From positions 32,813-70,440 of the forward strand of contig CAYSPM010000001.1 of NCBI GenBank assembly GCA_964432925.1: 37,628 nt of DNA, written 5' to 3'. A program made the translations under genes and the position numbers. Source of the stretch: an uncultured Pirellulales bacterium. GTDB taxonomy: Bacteria > Planctomycetota > Phycisphaerae > Sedimentisphaerales > Anaerobacaceae. Positions 17,801 through 25,911 of this stretch are shown in pieces. Under the pieces are notes generated by a model. That model ran no database searches. It was not told where the DNA came from and saw nothing but the letters and a program-made list of their open reading frames with translations. Each line of letters opens with the position of its first letter. Positions within the stretch are counted from its first letter, which is position 1.

Positions 17801-20269
17801 AAGAAAAGGATATTGTATCAGCTAAGTGCAAACTATCTTAAGTATAAACACGGCACCGACATATTCGTTAACTGGATGGAGATTAAAAAATATCCTATAG
17901 ACTTAAAGAAAAATTACAAGCTGCCAGAGAAAGTCTGCTCAGGCAGAGTTTCTAATCCATCTTCTGTAATATCTACAGAGCGCTTGCATCCAAGAGTTTC
18001 GATAGTGATATCTTGCTACAATTGTGCAAAATTTCTGCCGGAATGCCTCGAGAGCATCATAAATCAAACTATGCAAGAGTGGGAGCTGTTATTAATCGAC
18101 GACGGCAGCACAGACGGCACAAGAAGTATTATCGAAAAATATGCTCAGATGGATGAAAGAATCAGGCCTTTCTACTCACAGGAAAATAAAGGACCTTATT
18201 TTAGAAGGAACTTTGGAATTGAACATGCCAACAGCGATTTCATTGTTGTACAAGACGCCGATGACATTATGTGTCCGAGCAAACTCCAAATGCTTTATAA
18301 TGAAATAACCAAGGATGACCAGATCGGAATTGTGGGTTCGTTTTATTACAAATTTCTTGAGGAATTTGAGGGTTTCGAATACAGCGAAAAGTGTGAACTA
18401 GCACTTTCTCATGAAGAAATTATGCGAACTGAGCGCTCAAGATGGGACTTCTGTTGGCATGGTTCAGCTATTATCCGTAAAAGCTTGTTTAACGCGATTG
18501 GATTATACGATGAAAATCCGTTTGGCTCAGATTCAGTCTGGCTGGCTAAGACTGCTGAGTATGCGTATTACGATAGCAATGTGAAATTCAAGAACATTCC
18601 TGAGTTTTTAACCTTACGGAGGGTACATGCCGACTCACAAACTGGAATACTTCCGACCTTTGACCCTCGCAGCAGAAGAGTCAAATACGTTTCCTATTGG
18701 CAAGATAAGATTTATAAGATAAGGGAAAGAATCCAAAATAATTCAGGCGTGGATATTGCGGCCGAGCTTAGAAACTGCCAATGTTCGGATTTCACCACCA
18801 AATATGGCCACCTCTTCGATCAATGGGAGAGCGAGCCGCTCGATAAAAAAACTCTGCTTGGATTAGTTAATAGAGCTGTGGTTTTATTTCAAAGCGGTGC
18901 GTATGTAACATGTATTAGTGTGCTTAACGGCCTGGAAAGAGTTGACCGTGAGCTTGCAAATAAACTTAAAAACTTTGATTTATTAAAAGCTAAAGCTTAC
19001 TTTGCCGTTGGCAAAAAACAGCGGTGCCTTAGATACCTTGAAAAAGAAATCCAGAACCACGACAACCCGGCTGCCAGGGAATTTCTGGCTAATCAGTTTC
19101 AAAACGAACATGATACTTTTGTGCCCAGCCAAAGCATAGAAGATCATCTGCAGGTAAGTACTGAACCGGCTGGTCAAAGAGGAGAGCACACCGCACAGAG
19201 CGAACTTGTTACTCCTGACGATAGCACCACTGTGGAGGCTGGAAGGCTTAAAGACAATCTAAATGACTCTCTTCATACGAAGACAGAACCGCTTGTTTCG
19301 ATAGTAATCCCAGCCTACAATGCAAGCCGGTATATCCAAAAGGCTGTCGAAAGCGTGTTGGCTCAAACCTACAGGAATTTCGAGATCATTATTGTTGACG
19401 ATGGTTCCACAGACGCTACCAAAGACAAGGTGCTTAGTTACAACGATTCCAGAATCAACTACCTTTATAAGGACCACTCAGGCCTTGCAAGCGCGTGCAA
19501 TACAGCCATAAGAAAAATTAAGGGATCGTTCTGGATCAGGCTCAATGCCGAGGACATGATCACGCCGGACTTTATTTCCAGGCATCTGCGTGAGTTCGAG
19601 CGGTACCCTGAAGCCGACTTAGTTTACTGTGACGATTGTCTGATTGATGAAGATGGTAACTCGATCCGGATAATTGACAGGCCTGAATACACTAATCGTA
19701 CAGGTTTGATACGGGACCTTTTTCATCACGGTTTCCCAACCGTTCCGTTCGGAACGTGCATTAGAATCGATGTCTTCGATAAAATCGGCATGTTTGACGA
19801 GAGTCTGATTATTGCTGAGAACTACGATATGATGCGAAGATTTGCAAAACATGGTTTAACATCGCATCATTTAAAAGACGCATTATATTTACGCCGAATG
19901 ACATCAGATATTATTTTGAGAGACAATAGCGCCGAAAAGGCCAATTGTTATTTTGACGTGATAAAGCGATTTACCGATATGTTTAGCTGCGAAGAACTTT
20001 TCCCGGACGTTAGTTGGGATGCAATTGCCGCTGAGAAAAGAAAATTGCATGCAAGATGCTTGGCCGCCATTGTTTTTGTTGAACTCGGGCGTGCTTATAC
20101 ACAGTCTAATTCACCTAACTACGCTGGTGTTGCCTTTGATCGGGCCTGTTTTGAGATGCGTGATGCGCTCGAAATGGACCCTGAAAATACACAGATTCAC
20201 CAGTTGCTGCAGCAATGCGAGTTCGCTCGCACCGAATCCAAGAAGTTGCTGTGTGTGTCCGCTCGTTAA
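14825..20269 (+). CDS. 1814-aa multidomain enzyme: protein-kinase-like domain + class I SAM methyltransferase + four GT2 glycosyltransferase domains + TPR-like linkers
   Basis: Uninterrupted 5.4-kb ORF in AT-rich DNA.
- Kinase-like motifs: YIIKIE (Lys), LLEEIE (Glu), GDLKIKNFIF (D-L-K-x-x-N catalytic loop, nt 15251-15271), HIIDYD (nt ~15303-15320).
- Methyltransferase motif I: VLDVGCNMGLLG (nt ~15647).
- GT2 starts: VSTIVSTYNSGRF (~16205), ISVIIVTNNRAEEL (~17195, DxD FLDDDA), VSIVISCYNCAKFL (~17993, DxD QDADD), VSIVIPAYNASRYI (~19292). Confidence 0.8.
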   Translation: MTNYDLSKRSTVSGDTTSSAPTFLSHKSPIPQTGEIVVDGLRFANVRRTKHKNNSVGFNDKYIIKIEHYKHPLKLRSLLEEIEIIRYLNWKECVSCPILVSEGRLRTGERYFIQERIDSQRGFNTADMVLSILEQKSLGVCQGDLKIKNFIFDADSVCHIIDYDQAIYDKRFVQMGNTEYFEWIAQYIVNRWRKYGVTDFYNSHGLNRDEIFSLFKKGAFNLATVTIFKDQITTDSDIGIYHNLNTDKIYIEGARDLNPRLGTLDTVEFKKGEMVLDVGCNMGLLGHYLHDRGCVVTGIDMDRKIIIGAKMVANILNKNIQFKWLDIDEARIEQEYDTICLFSVIHHVKNFKRVTENIAQRCNRIILECGLKEHGSKPTKGGWTATSGWDFNSIGELVHYLETAFRGFRFHGCHGSVDRNRQIITLAKKPTATTMQVQREPPRSIQEGEFAEQQLSNESKYLVSTIVSTYNSGRFIRGCLEDLENQTIADRLEIIIVNSGSEENEETIVHEFQQKYDNIKYIRTDERETIYRAWNRAIKIASGKYITNANTDDRHSPEMFEKLATALDLNDDIAVVYSQFYITRVENQTWRNKTVEKIAQWVQPYSREQLLKMYFLGPQPMWRKSLHDEYGYFDETFKICGDYEFFLRVSQTHDFLLIPEPLGLYLLSPNSLGRTAGTREQEDQKIWELYRNNTDRIIRGPFVPIESCEVSLSESVGKKLCYSANGIAAEHTATVGSNSSALDYFLKAKDDFNKGNFISATKYINQYKALMDYSKLQRSLNTNTVREDNNIDISVIIVTNNRAEELQDCLKSLLEQEADCNFEVIVVDNGCVNIESFMQCVDQYIKCPINLNPSEGRNIGVRFARGNIIVFLDDDAVVRSDYVSSIKCAFNKYDIFGLRGRTYPKSSPVANNHVNICDLGDKPFPSYCNQEGNSAWLRDIYLSVDGMDPLLFGHEGSDLTYRIIQKYKKTNKVIYWPAAVIYHDYGVSEKLRKKRILYQLSANYLKYKHGTDIFVNWMEIKKYPIDLKKNYKLPEKVCSGRVSNPSSVISTERLHPRVSIVISCYNCAKFLPECLESIINQTMQEWELLLIDDGSTDGTRSIIEKYAQMDERIRPFYSQENKGPYFRRNFGIEHANSDFIVVQDADDIMCPSKLQMLYNEITKDDQIGIVGSFYYKFLEEFEGFEYSEKCELALSHEEIMRTERSRWDFCWHGSAIIRKSLFNAIGLYDENPFGSDSVWLAKTAEYAYYDSNVKFKNIPEFLTLRRVHADSQTGILPTFDPRSRRVKYVSYWQDKIYKIRERIQNNSGVDIAAELRNCQCSDFTTKYGHLFDQWESEPLDKKTLLGLVNRAVVLFQSGAYVTCISVLNGLERVDRELANKLKNFDLLKAKAYFAVGKKQRCLRYLEKEIQNHDNPAAREFLANQFQNEHDTFVPSQSIEDHLQVSTEPAGQRGEHTAQSELVTPDDSTTVEAGRLKDNLNDSLHTKTEPLVSIVIPAYNASRYIQKAVESVLAQTYRNFEIIIVDDGSTDATKDKVLSYNDSRINYLYKDHSGLASACNTAIRKIKGSFWIRLNAEDMITPDFISRHLREFERYPEADLVYCDDCLIDEDGNSIRIIDRPEYTNRTGLIRDLFHHGFPTVPFGTCIRIDVFDKIGMFDESLIIAENYDMMRRFAKHGLTSHHLKDALYLRRMTSDIILRDNSAEKANCYFDVIKRFTDMFSCEELFPDVSWDAIAAEKRKLHARCLAAIVFVELGRAYTQSNSPNYAGVAFDRACFEMRDALEMDPENTQIHQLLQQCEFARTESKKLLCVSAR

Positions 20270-20438
20270 CTAAAGGAGAAACAAATACTTAAGTGGACGT
20301 GACTTTCAAACGATAATATAGTAACGAGCAGTTCAAATATTACGCCGAATGCAATGGATGAACTGCAATCGTTGGCCATGTTTGAACATTAATTAGTATG
20401 TGTAGCAAAGTGTTGTAACTTATAAAAGGTGGGCTAGA

Positions 20439-22808
20439 ATGTCTACTTTACAATTTCCAGGTCTTTTTACCGGCATTGACACGGCTAAGATCATTGAGCA
20501 ACTAATGGCTGTTGAGCGTCGTACGCTCAATATGTACCAGGGCCGCAAGAGCCTCTGGGAAGAGAGAAAAGATGCCCTCAGCGATCTCGAGAGCAAGCTC
20601 GATGCCTTAAGAAGCACAATCAGCGCCCTTTCCGATGCCAACGAGCTACGTGCCTTCACAACCGCTACCAGTGATGAAGATATATTAACAGCCGAAGCGT
20701 CCTATAACGCCTTTGAAGGCAACCATACCGTCCAGATCAATCGATTGGCTACTGCCGAGCGATGGGTGCATACAGATGGACTCGAATACGCCGAAGACTA
20801 TGTCGGTGAAGGAACCTTCATTTATTCTTACAATCACAAAGAGACAGTAATCACCACTACCTCTACCACTACACTCGAAGAGCTGGTGGGGCTGATTAAC
20901 AATGAAGCGAACAATCCCGGCGTTACAGCCAGTCTGCTGCACTTTAACGATATGTATCATCTGGTCCTGAACGGCAATGACGCCGGCACCGATTTTGAAA
21001 TCTCGGTAAACGCATCCAACACGGAGGTCTGGCAGGCGGATTCTGAACTTACCGTCGCCAGCGACAACGCTACTTTAAGCACTAAGATTATTGATTTGGA
21101 CCAATTTGACGATAGTCTGGGTTCACTCGTTGGAGACGAACGTATTCGTATTACCGGCAACAAGCACGATGGCACTGCCGTCGATGTGTATATGGATGTT
21201 ACCGGCAATACGAAGCTTTTTCATATTATTGCCGAGATTAACGACGCTTTCGGAGATACTGCTACGGCAGTTCTGGAAAACGGCAAGATAGTTTTAACAG
21301 ATCATGAGTCCGGCACAAGTCAGATGACACTTACACTGGCCTATGATCCGGGCACCGGACAAACGGATATGACTTTACCGACTATTAGTCAATCAACACG
21401 GGGTGGCTCTGTCACAGCGGACCTGACTGGTTTTGCAGAAGCAAACTTTAGCGAAACCCAATCAGCTCAGGATAGCGAAATAAGGGTTGACGGCTTCCCA
21501 ATCCCACAAGCGGGAATTGCCGAGGTGCAAACGCTGGAAGCCACCACAAATCCATCTGGTGGTACCTTTACCTTAACTTATGACGGACAAACGACTGATC
21601 CGATCAATCACAATGCTAAAACTTCCGATATTGAAAACGCACTTGAAGCATTGTCAAATGTAAATCCCGGCGATATAACGGTGAGTGGCAAGAAGTTGAG
21701 CGAGAATGGTACTACGATATTTACATTCCTCGATACAGTCGGTGATGTTCCTATGATTTCGATTAATTCCGGCAACCTGACTCCCAGTGATCCTTTAAAT
21801 TACGTATTTGAGGAACAGACAAAGGGCGACAACTATGGCTGGATCAAAAGAAGCTCTAATACTGTAGACGATGTCATTCACGGTGTAACGCTGCATTTGC
21901 ACGACACCACCGACTCCAACGGCGAGGAAATAACCCTGACCAGAGATATAGAGTCGGTAAAGGAAAAACTGAATTCCATGGTTAAAGCCTATAATAGTGC
22001 TATAACCTATATCAAGGAAAAGACCGGCTACAACGATGTCCTTAAGACAGCAGGTATCCTTATGGGCGATTATGTTGTCTCCATGATCCATAATTTGCTG
22101 CGCACACCACTAATAGCCCAAACTAGTGGTTTCATCGAGGATGTAGATCCTTTGTTGATGCCCGCTCAAATCGGTCTTGAGCTCGACGAAGACGGCATGT
22201 TGAGCTTGGATACCAATGCCTTCGATGAAGCCATTGCCGATAACTATATGGGCGTTTTGGCCGTAATCGGCGCTGATAAAACCGGTAGCTCCAATAGCAA
22301 CACTATTGAATTCTACGGTGCCAGCAGTAAGTATACAACCGCCGGCGGCTACGACGTTGAAGTAACCATTAGTGGCGGTGCAATCACAAGCGCCAAAATT
22401 AAACTCTCAAGCGAGTCCACATATAGAGACGCAACTTACAGCGGCAACATCGTTACTGGTGATAGCTCCTTTGATGACAACGGTGATCCTGTATACCCGG
22501 AGAACAGTCTTCAGCTGAGTGTGGACCTGAGCCAGAATGGGACATTCACGGCTACAGTCAGAGTCAAGCAGGGCTTTACCGGTGCAATGGAAGACGTGCT
22601 TGACAGAATGCTCAAGGTAACCACCGGCTCAATACAGATCGACCAGGAACACGTCGGCGATACCATAAAGGAATTGCAGGAGCGAATTGAAATTGAAGAG
22701 GAGCGCCTCGAAGATAAGGAGGCCAGACTAATCATCCGCTTTGCCCGTCTTGAGAGTACGTTGACCTTACTTCAAAACCAGTTGGCTGCCTTAGGCTTAA
22801 GCGCATAA
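20439..22808 (+). CDS. fliD: Flagellar filament cap protein FliD (HAP2), unusually long
   Basis: 789 aa. The N-terminus MSTLQFPGLFTGIDTAKIIEQLMAVERRTLNMYQ and the central SEIRVDGFPI ... SSNTVDDVIHGVTLHL ... VKEKLNSMVKAYNSAITYIKEKT are FliD hallmarks. C-terminal coiled coil. AAGGTGG RBS. Confidence 0.92.
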   Translation: MSTLQFPGLFTGIDTAKIIEQLMAVERRTLNMYQGRKSLWEERKDALSDLESKLDALRSTISALSDANELRAFTTATSDEDILTAEASYNAFEGNHTVQINRLATAERWVHTDGLEYAEDYVGEGTFIYSYNHKETVITTTSTTTLEELVGLINNEANNPGVTASLLHFNDMYHLVLNGNDAGTDFEISVNASNTEVWQADSELTVASDNATLSTKIIDLDQFDDSLGSLVGDERIRITGNKHDGTAVDVYMDVTGNTKLFHIIAEINDAFGDTATAVLENGKIVLTDHESGTSQMTLTLAYDPGTGQTDMTLPTISQSTRGGSVTADLTGFAEANFSETQSAQDSEIRVDGFPIPQAGIAEVQTLEATTNPSGGTFTLTYDGQTTDPINHNAKTSDIENALEALSNVNPGDITVSGKKLSENGTTIFTFLDTVGDVPMISINSGNLTPSDPLNYVFEEQTKGDNYGWIKRSSNTVDDVIHGVTLHLHDTTDSNGEEITLTRDIESVKEKLNSMVKAYNSAITYIKEKTGYNDVLKTAGILMGDYVVSMIHNLLRTPLIAQTSGFIEDVDPLLMPAQIGLELDEDGMLSLDTNAFDEAIADNYMGVLAVIGADKTGSSNSNTIEFYGASSKYTTAGGYDVEVTISGGAITSAKIKLSSESTYRDATYSGNIVTGDSSFDDNGDPVYPENSLQLSVDLSQNGTFTATVRVKQGFTGAMEDVLDRMLKVTTGSIQIDQEHVGDTIKELQERIEIEEERLEDKEARLIIRFARLESTLTLLQNQLAALGLSA

Positions 22809-22813
22809 CTAAC

Positions 22814-23884
22814 TTAAGTTTTGCTTCTGTGACGTAGCCGATGCAGCATAGCCAGCACCTCAGCTACTGCTACGTACAACATCTCTGGAATGGCGCTGCC
22901 GGGCTCAACGGTCGAATATATCGTCCTCGCTAACTCTGGCCTTCTGACAATGGGCACACCGTAGGAGCGTCCGATTTCTATGATTTTCTCAGCCAGATGG
23001 TCTGCTCCTTTAGCTACCATTATGGGCGCTTCCATTGTCTTGGCCTCGTAACGTAGCGCCACAGCCACATGCGTTGGATTGACAAGGATGACGCTGGCCT
23101 TGGGCACTTCCTGACGCAGCCGTCGCATAGACAATTGAATTTGAATCCGGCGTATCCGCACTTTTAATTCGGGGGAACCTTCCGTGTCTCTGCGTTCTCG
23201 TTTGACCTCTTGGCGTGTCATTTTTAGCTCTTGGATGTGCCGCCATTTCTGATAGAATGCATCCAACAATCCAATAGCCAATAGCGCTATCCCGATTCGA
23301 ACGCACAGCCCGAATATGATCCTCGCGATAACGATGATTATCTGAAGAGACCATGCCCACCGTAGTGTCGCGAGTTTCTCAAGCATGCCCTGCAGGTATA
23401 GCCAAGCTACGAATCCAATAAAAAGCAATTTGGCTATCGATGCTCCAAGACGCACCAGCGATTGCATACTAAATAGGCGCTGCAGTACTGATGCTGGATT
23501 TATCGAGTTCCACTTGAACTGTATCGTCTTACTTGAGAGATTAAAGCCCCCAACTACAATGTTGGCCATTGCCGTTGCCACACAAAGTGCTGCAAAAATG
23601 GGGCTGATCAAAAGCAGCCAATCAATCATTCTACCGTTTGCGAAGTCTACGAATGTTTTGCTGTTGGTAAAAATGGTGTTATTGCCGGAAAGACAATCTG
23701 TAGCTTCAATCATAAAGTGTCGAAGCAGGTTAGGCGCCGATAAGGCTACTGTCAGCAAAAGGGTCATAAGGGCCGCCACAGACGCCAGCTCCTGGCTCTT
23801 TGGAACACTACCTTGCTCTTTGGCCTTTTGTAGTTTTCTTGGTGTTGGTTGTTCTGTCTTTTCAGCGGCCGGCTGCTCTGGCAT
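22814..23884 (-). CDS. flhB: Flagellar type III export switch protein FlhB
   Basis: 356 aa. AEKTEQPTPRKLQKAKEQGSVPKSQEL N-terminus, four TM segments, and the autocleavage motif NPTH (LVNPTHVAVALRYE). Confidence 0.95.
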   Translation of the reverse strand: MPEQPAAEKTEQPTPRKLQKAKEQGSVPKSQELASVAALMTLLLTVALSAPNLLRHFMIEATDCLSGNNTIFTNSKTFVDFANGRMIDWLLLISPIFAALCVATAMANIVVGGFNLSSKTIQFKWNSINPASVLQRLFSMQSLVRLGASIAKLLFIGFVAWLYLQGMLEKLATLRWAWSLQIIIVIARIIFGLCVRIGIALLAIGLLDAFYQKWRHIQELKMTRQEVKRERRDTEGSPELKVRIRRIQIQLSMRRLRQEVPKASVILVNPTHVAVALRYEAKTMEAPIMVAKGADHLAEKIIEIGRSYGVPIVRRPELARTIYSTVEPGSAIPEMLYVAVAEVLAMLHRLRHRSKT

Positions 23885-23959
23885 GACCTATCCCTGGCAT
23901 AATTCTACGCGTCAGCGACGTGGCAAAAACTAAGACTAACAACCTGATTCTGTCTGTTG

Positions 23960-24703
23960 CTATAGCGGAAGCAGCTTACCCATCCACTCGGCAAATTCAC
24001 TGACAAATCCATTAATAAAGGGTAAGAATATCGCTGCCATAAGTAAACCCAGCCCCACACGCAATGGGAAACTGATGAATAAAATATTCATCTCTGGAAC
24101 GGCGCGAGCCAAGATCGCCAACACAATCATCAATAACAAAAAAGCTGCCAGCATAGGTGCGGCTAATCTTAGCCCAGCCACGAACATTGTTGAGCCTGCC
24201 TCGACTACTCCACCCGCCAGAATTGACACCGTTGGTATTTGACCTGCAGGAAACGCCTCATAGCTTCGTGCGATAATTAGAATCAGTAGATGGTGACCAT
24301 TGGCACCGAGAAATAATAACACGAATATCATCTCTAATAAGCTGCCAAGTGGTCGTGTCCGCTCACTGCTGAGAGGGTCCATGATCTGCGCCATCGCTAA
24401 GCCCATTTGTCTCTCGATTATCCGACCGCTGAATTTGACCGCGGAGAATATAAGCGATGCAATCAATCCCAGTGCCAAGCCGTATGTTGCTTCATTGGCA
24501 ATTAATAGCACCGCTTCTATAGTGCCGACACCTCTGGCAGTAATAGTTGTAGGCGCTATAACCGAAAAAAATATTGCCAGCAGTACTGCCATCGATACTT
24601 TGATCCTGACTGGAATAGTCATCCAGCTAAAGACCGGTACCAGCAAGAAAAAGGCCGAAATTCGCGTCAGAATCATTAGAAAGATAAGCAGTTTTTCGAC
24701 CAT
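23960..24703 (-). CDS. fliR: Flagellar export apparatus protein FliR
   Basis: 247-aa polytopic membrane protein (LIFLMILTRISAFFLLVPVF...) positioned between fliQ and flhB. Confidence 0.9.
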   Translation of the reverse strand: MVEKLLIFLMILTRISAFFLLVPVFSWMTIPVRIKVSMAVLLAIFFSVIAPTTITARGVGTIEAVLLIANEATYGLALGLIASLIFSAVKFSGRIIERQMGLAMAQIMDPLSSERTRPLGSLLEMIFVLLFLGANGHHLLILIIARSYEAFPAGQIPTVSILAGGVVEAGSTMFVAGLRLAAPMLAAFLLLMIVLAILARAVPEMNILFISFPLRVGLGLLMAAIFLPFINGFVSEFAEWMGKLLPL

Positions 24704-24717
24704 TTTGTCATCCGCTG

Positions 24718-24987
24718 TTAGTGTCCGACGTTCTGGATATGAGCAAATATCTCATTCGTAAATCGAAGTGCAACCTGAAGCATCCAGCCGCCGAGTAGTA
24801 GCATTACCATGCCTACAGCCAGCAGCTTCGGCACCATAGTTAGTGTCATATCGCGTATGGAAGTCACAGCTTGAAGCAGCGTAACGGTAACACCAACGAT
24901 CATGCACGTTAACAAAATAGGTGCCGCTAATAGCAAAGCCGTCTCAAGTGTGTGTCTACCAAGATAAAGAGCAAAACTGCTATCCAT
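24718..24987 (-). CDS. fliQ: Flagellar export apparatus protein FliQ
   Basis: 89 aa. LLLAAPILLTCMIVGVTVTLLQAVTSIRDMTLTMVPKLLAV matches the FliQ core pattern. Confidence 0.93.
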   Translation of the reverse strand: MDSSFALYLGRHTLETALLLAAPILLTCMIVGVTVTLLQAVTSIRDMTLTMVPKLLAVGMVMLLLGGWMLQVALRFTNEIFAHIQNVGH

Positions 24988-25060
24988 ATTATTCTGTCCC
25001 TATCAAATTGCTAACCAGCAGAGTTTCTTTAGCTCAGGCGCAACGTTGTCATGGGTATCT

Positions 25061-25903
25061 TTAATTAAAGCCAAGACTTAGGCTCTTCGCTAATAATCCC
25101 CAGCCGTCAACAAGAATGAACAGTATCAACTTAAAGGGCAGCGAAATCATCACCGGCGGCAGCATTATCATCCCTGCGCTGAGCAAGACACTCGCGATTA
25201 CCATGTCAATTAGCAAAAAAGGTATAAACAAAAGGCAGCCTATCTCAAACGCTGTACGGAACTCACTAATGATAAAAGCCGGTATTACTATATGCAGGCC
25301 GATATCCATAGGCTTATTGGGCGTGTTTATCTTGGCCATCTGCACAAAAAGCGCTAAATCCGCTTGTCTGCATTGTCGTAGCATGAACTCCTTAAGGCAC
25401 AATCCAGCCTTTGCTCCCGCGGTTGCAAAGTCAATCTCATCTGCGAGATAAGGCTGGATTGCCTCCGTGTTGACTTTGGCGTATGTAGGAGCCATCGTAT
25501 ACAGGGTGAGAAAGAGAGCCAGACCAATAATTGCGATAGTTGGTGGTATAGTCTGCGTGGTTAACGCCCGGCGAACAAACGCAAGAACGATGACAATTCG
25601 TGTAAACGATGTCATCATAACCAAGAGACTGGGCAAAATCGCCAGACCAGTAAAGATAATCACTAATTTCATCGGCGTTGACCAGTCTTTCCCCGCAGCG
25701 TCCTTGCTTGTAGCCTTATCCAGCATAGTAACAAGATCACTAATGCTGGGCACGGCATTCGCATTCACATTGGATGCGGCACTGCTGCTTTGGGCTGGAA
25801 TGGAGATTTGCCTGAATGCATTATTAGTTTGCCCAAGCGATGGATGTGTCATTGCCAAAATGAGCAATATCACAAAGAAGGTTTTGATAATTCTACAGGA
25901 CAT
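25061..25903 (-). CDS. fliP: Flagellar export apparatus protein FliP
   Basis: SFTRIVIVLAFVRRALTTQTIPPTIAIIGLALFLTLYTMAP is the FliP signature. ATG at 25903 has a GAGGA RBS. The track start at 25915 is a TTG overlapping fliO. Confidence 0.93.
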   Translation of the reverse strand: MSCRIIKTFFVILLILAMTHPSLGQTNNAFRQISIPAQSSSAASNVNANAVPSISDLVTMLDKATSKDAAGKDWSTPMKLVIIFTGLAILPSLLVMMTSFTRIVIVLAFVRRALTTQTIPPTIAIIGLALFLTLYTMAPTYAKVNTEAIQPYLADEIDFATAGAKAGLCLKEFMLRQCRQADLALFVQMAKINTPNKPMDIGLHIVIPAFIISEFRTAFEIGCLLFIPFLLIDMVIASVLLSAGMIMLPPVMISLPFKLILFILVDGWGLLAKSLSLGFN

Positions 25904-25911
25904 AAGTCCTC

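Noticed and set aside
20344-20351. GCCGAATG upstream of fliD, which resembles the sigma-28 -10 box (GCCGATAA).
   Set aside because: No TAAA-type -35 element lies at the required ~15-nt spacing; the nearest TCAAA is only ~6 nt away. A single 8-mer partial match is not enough.
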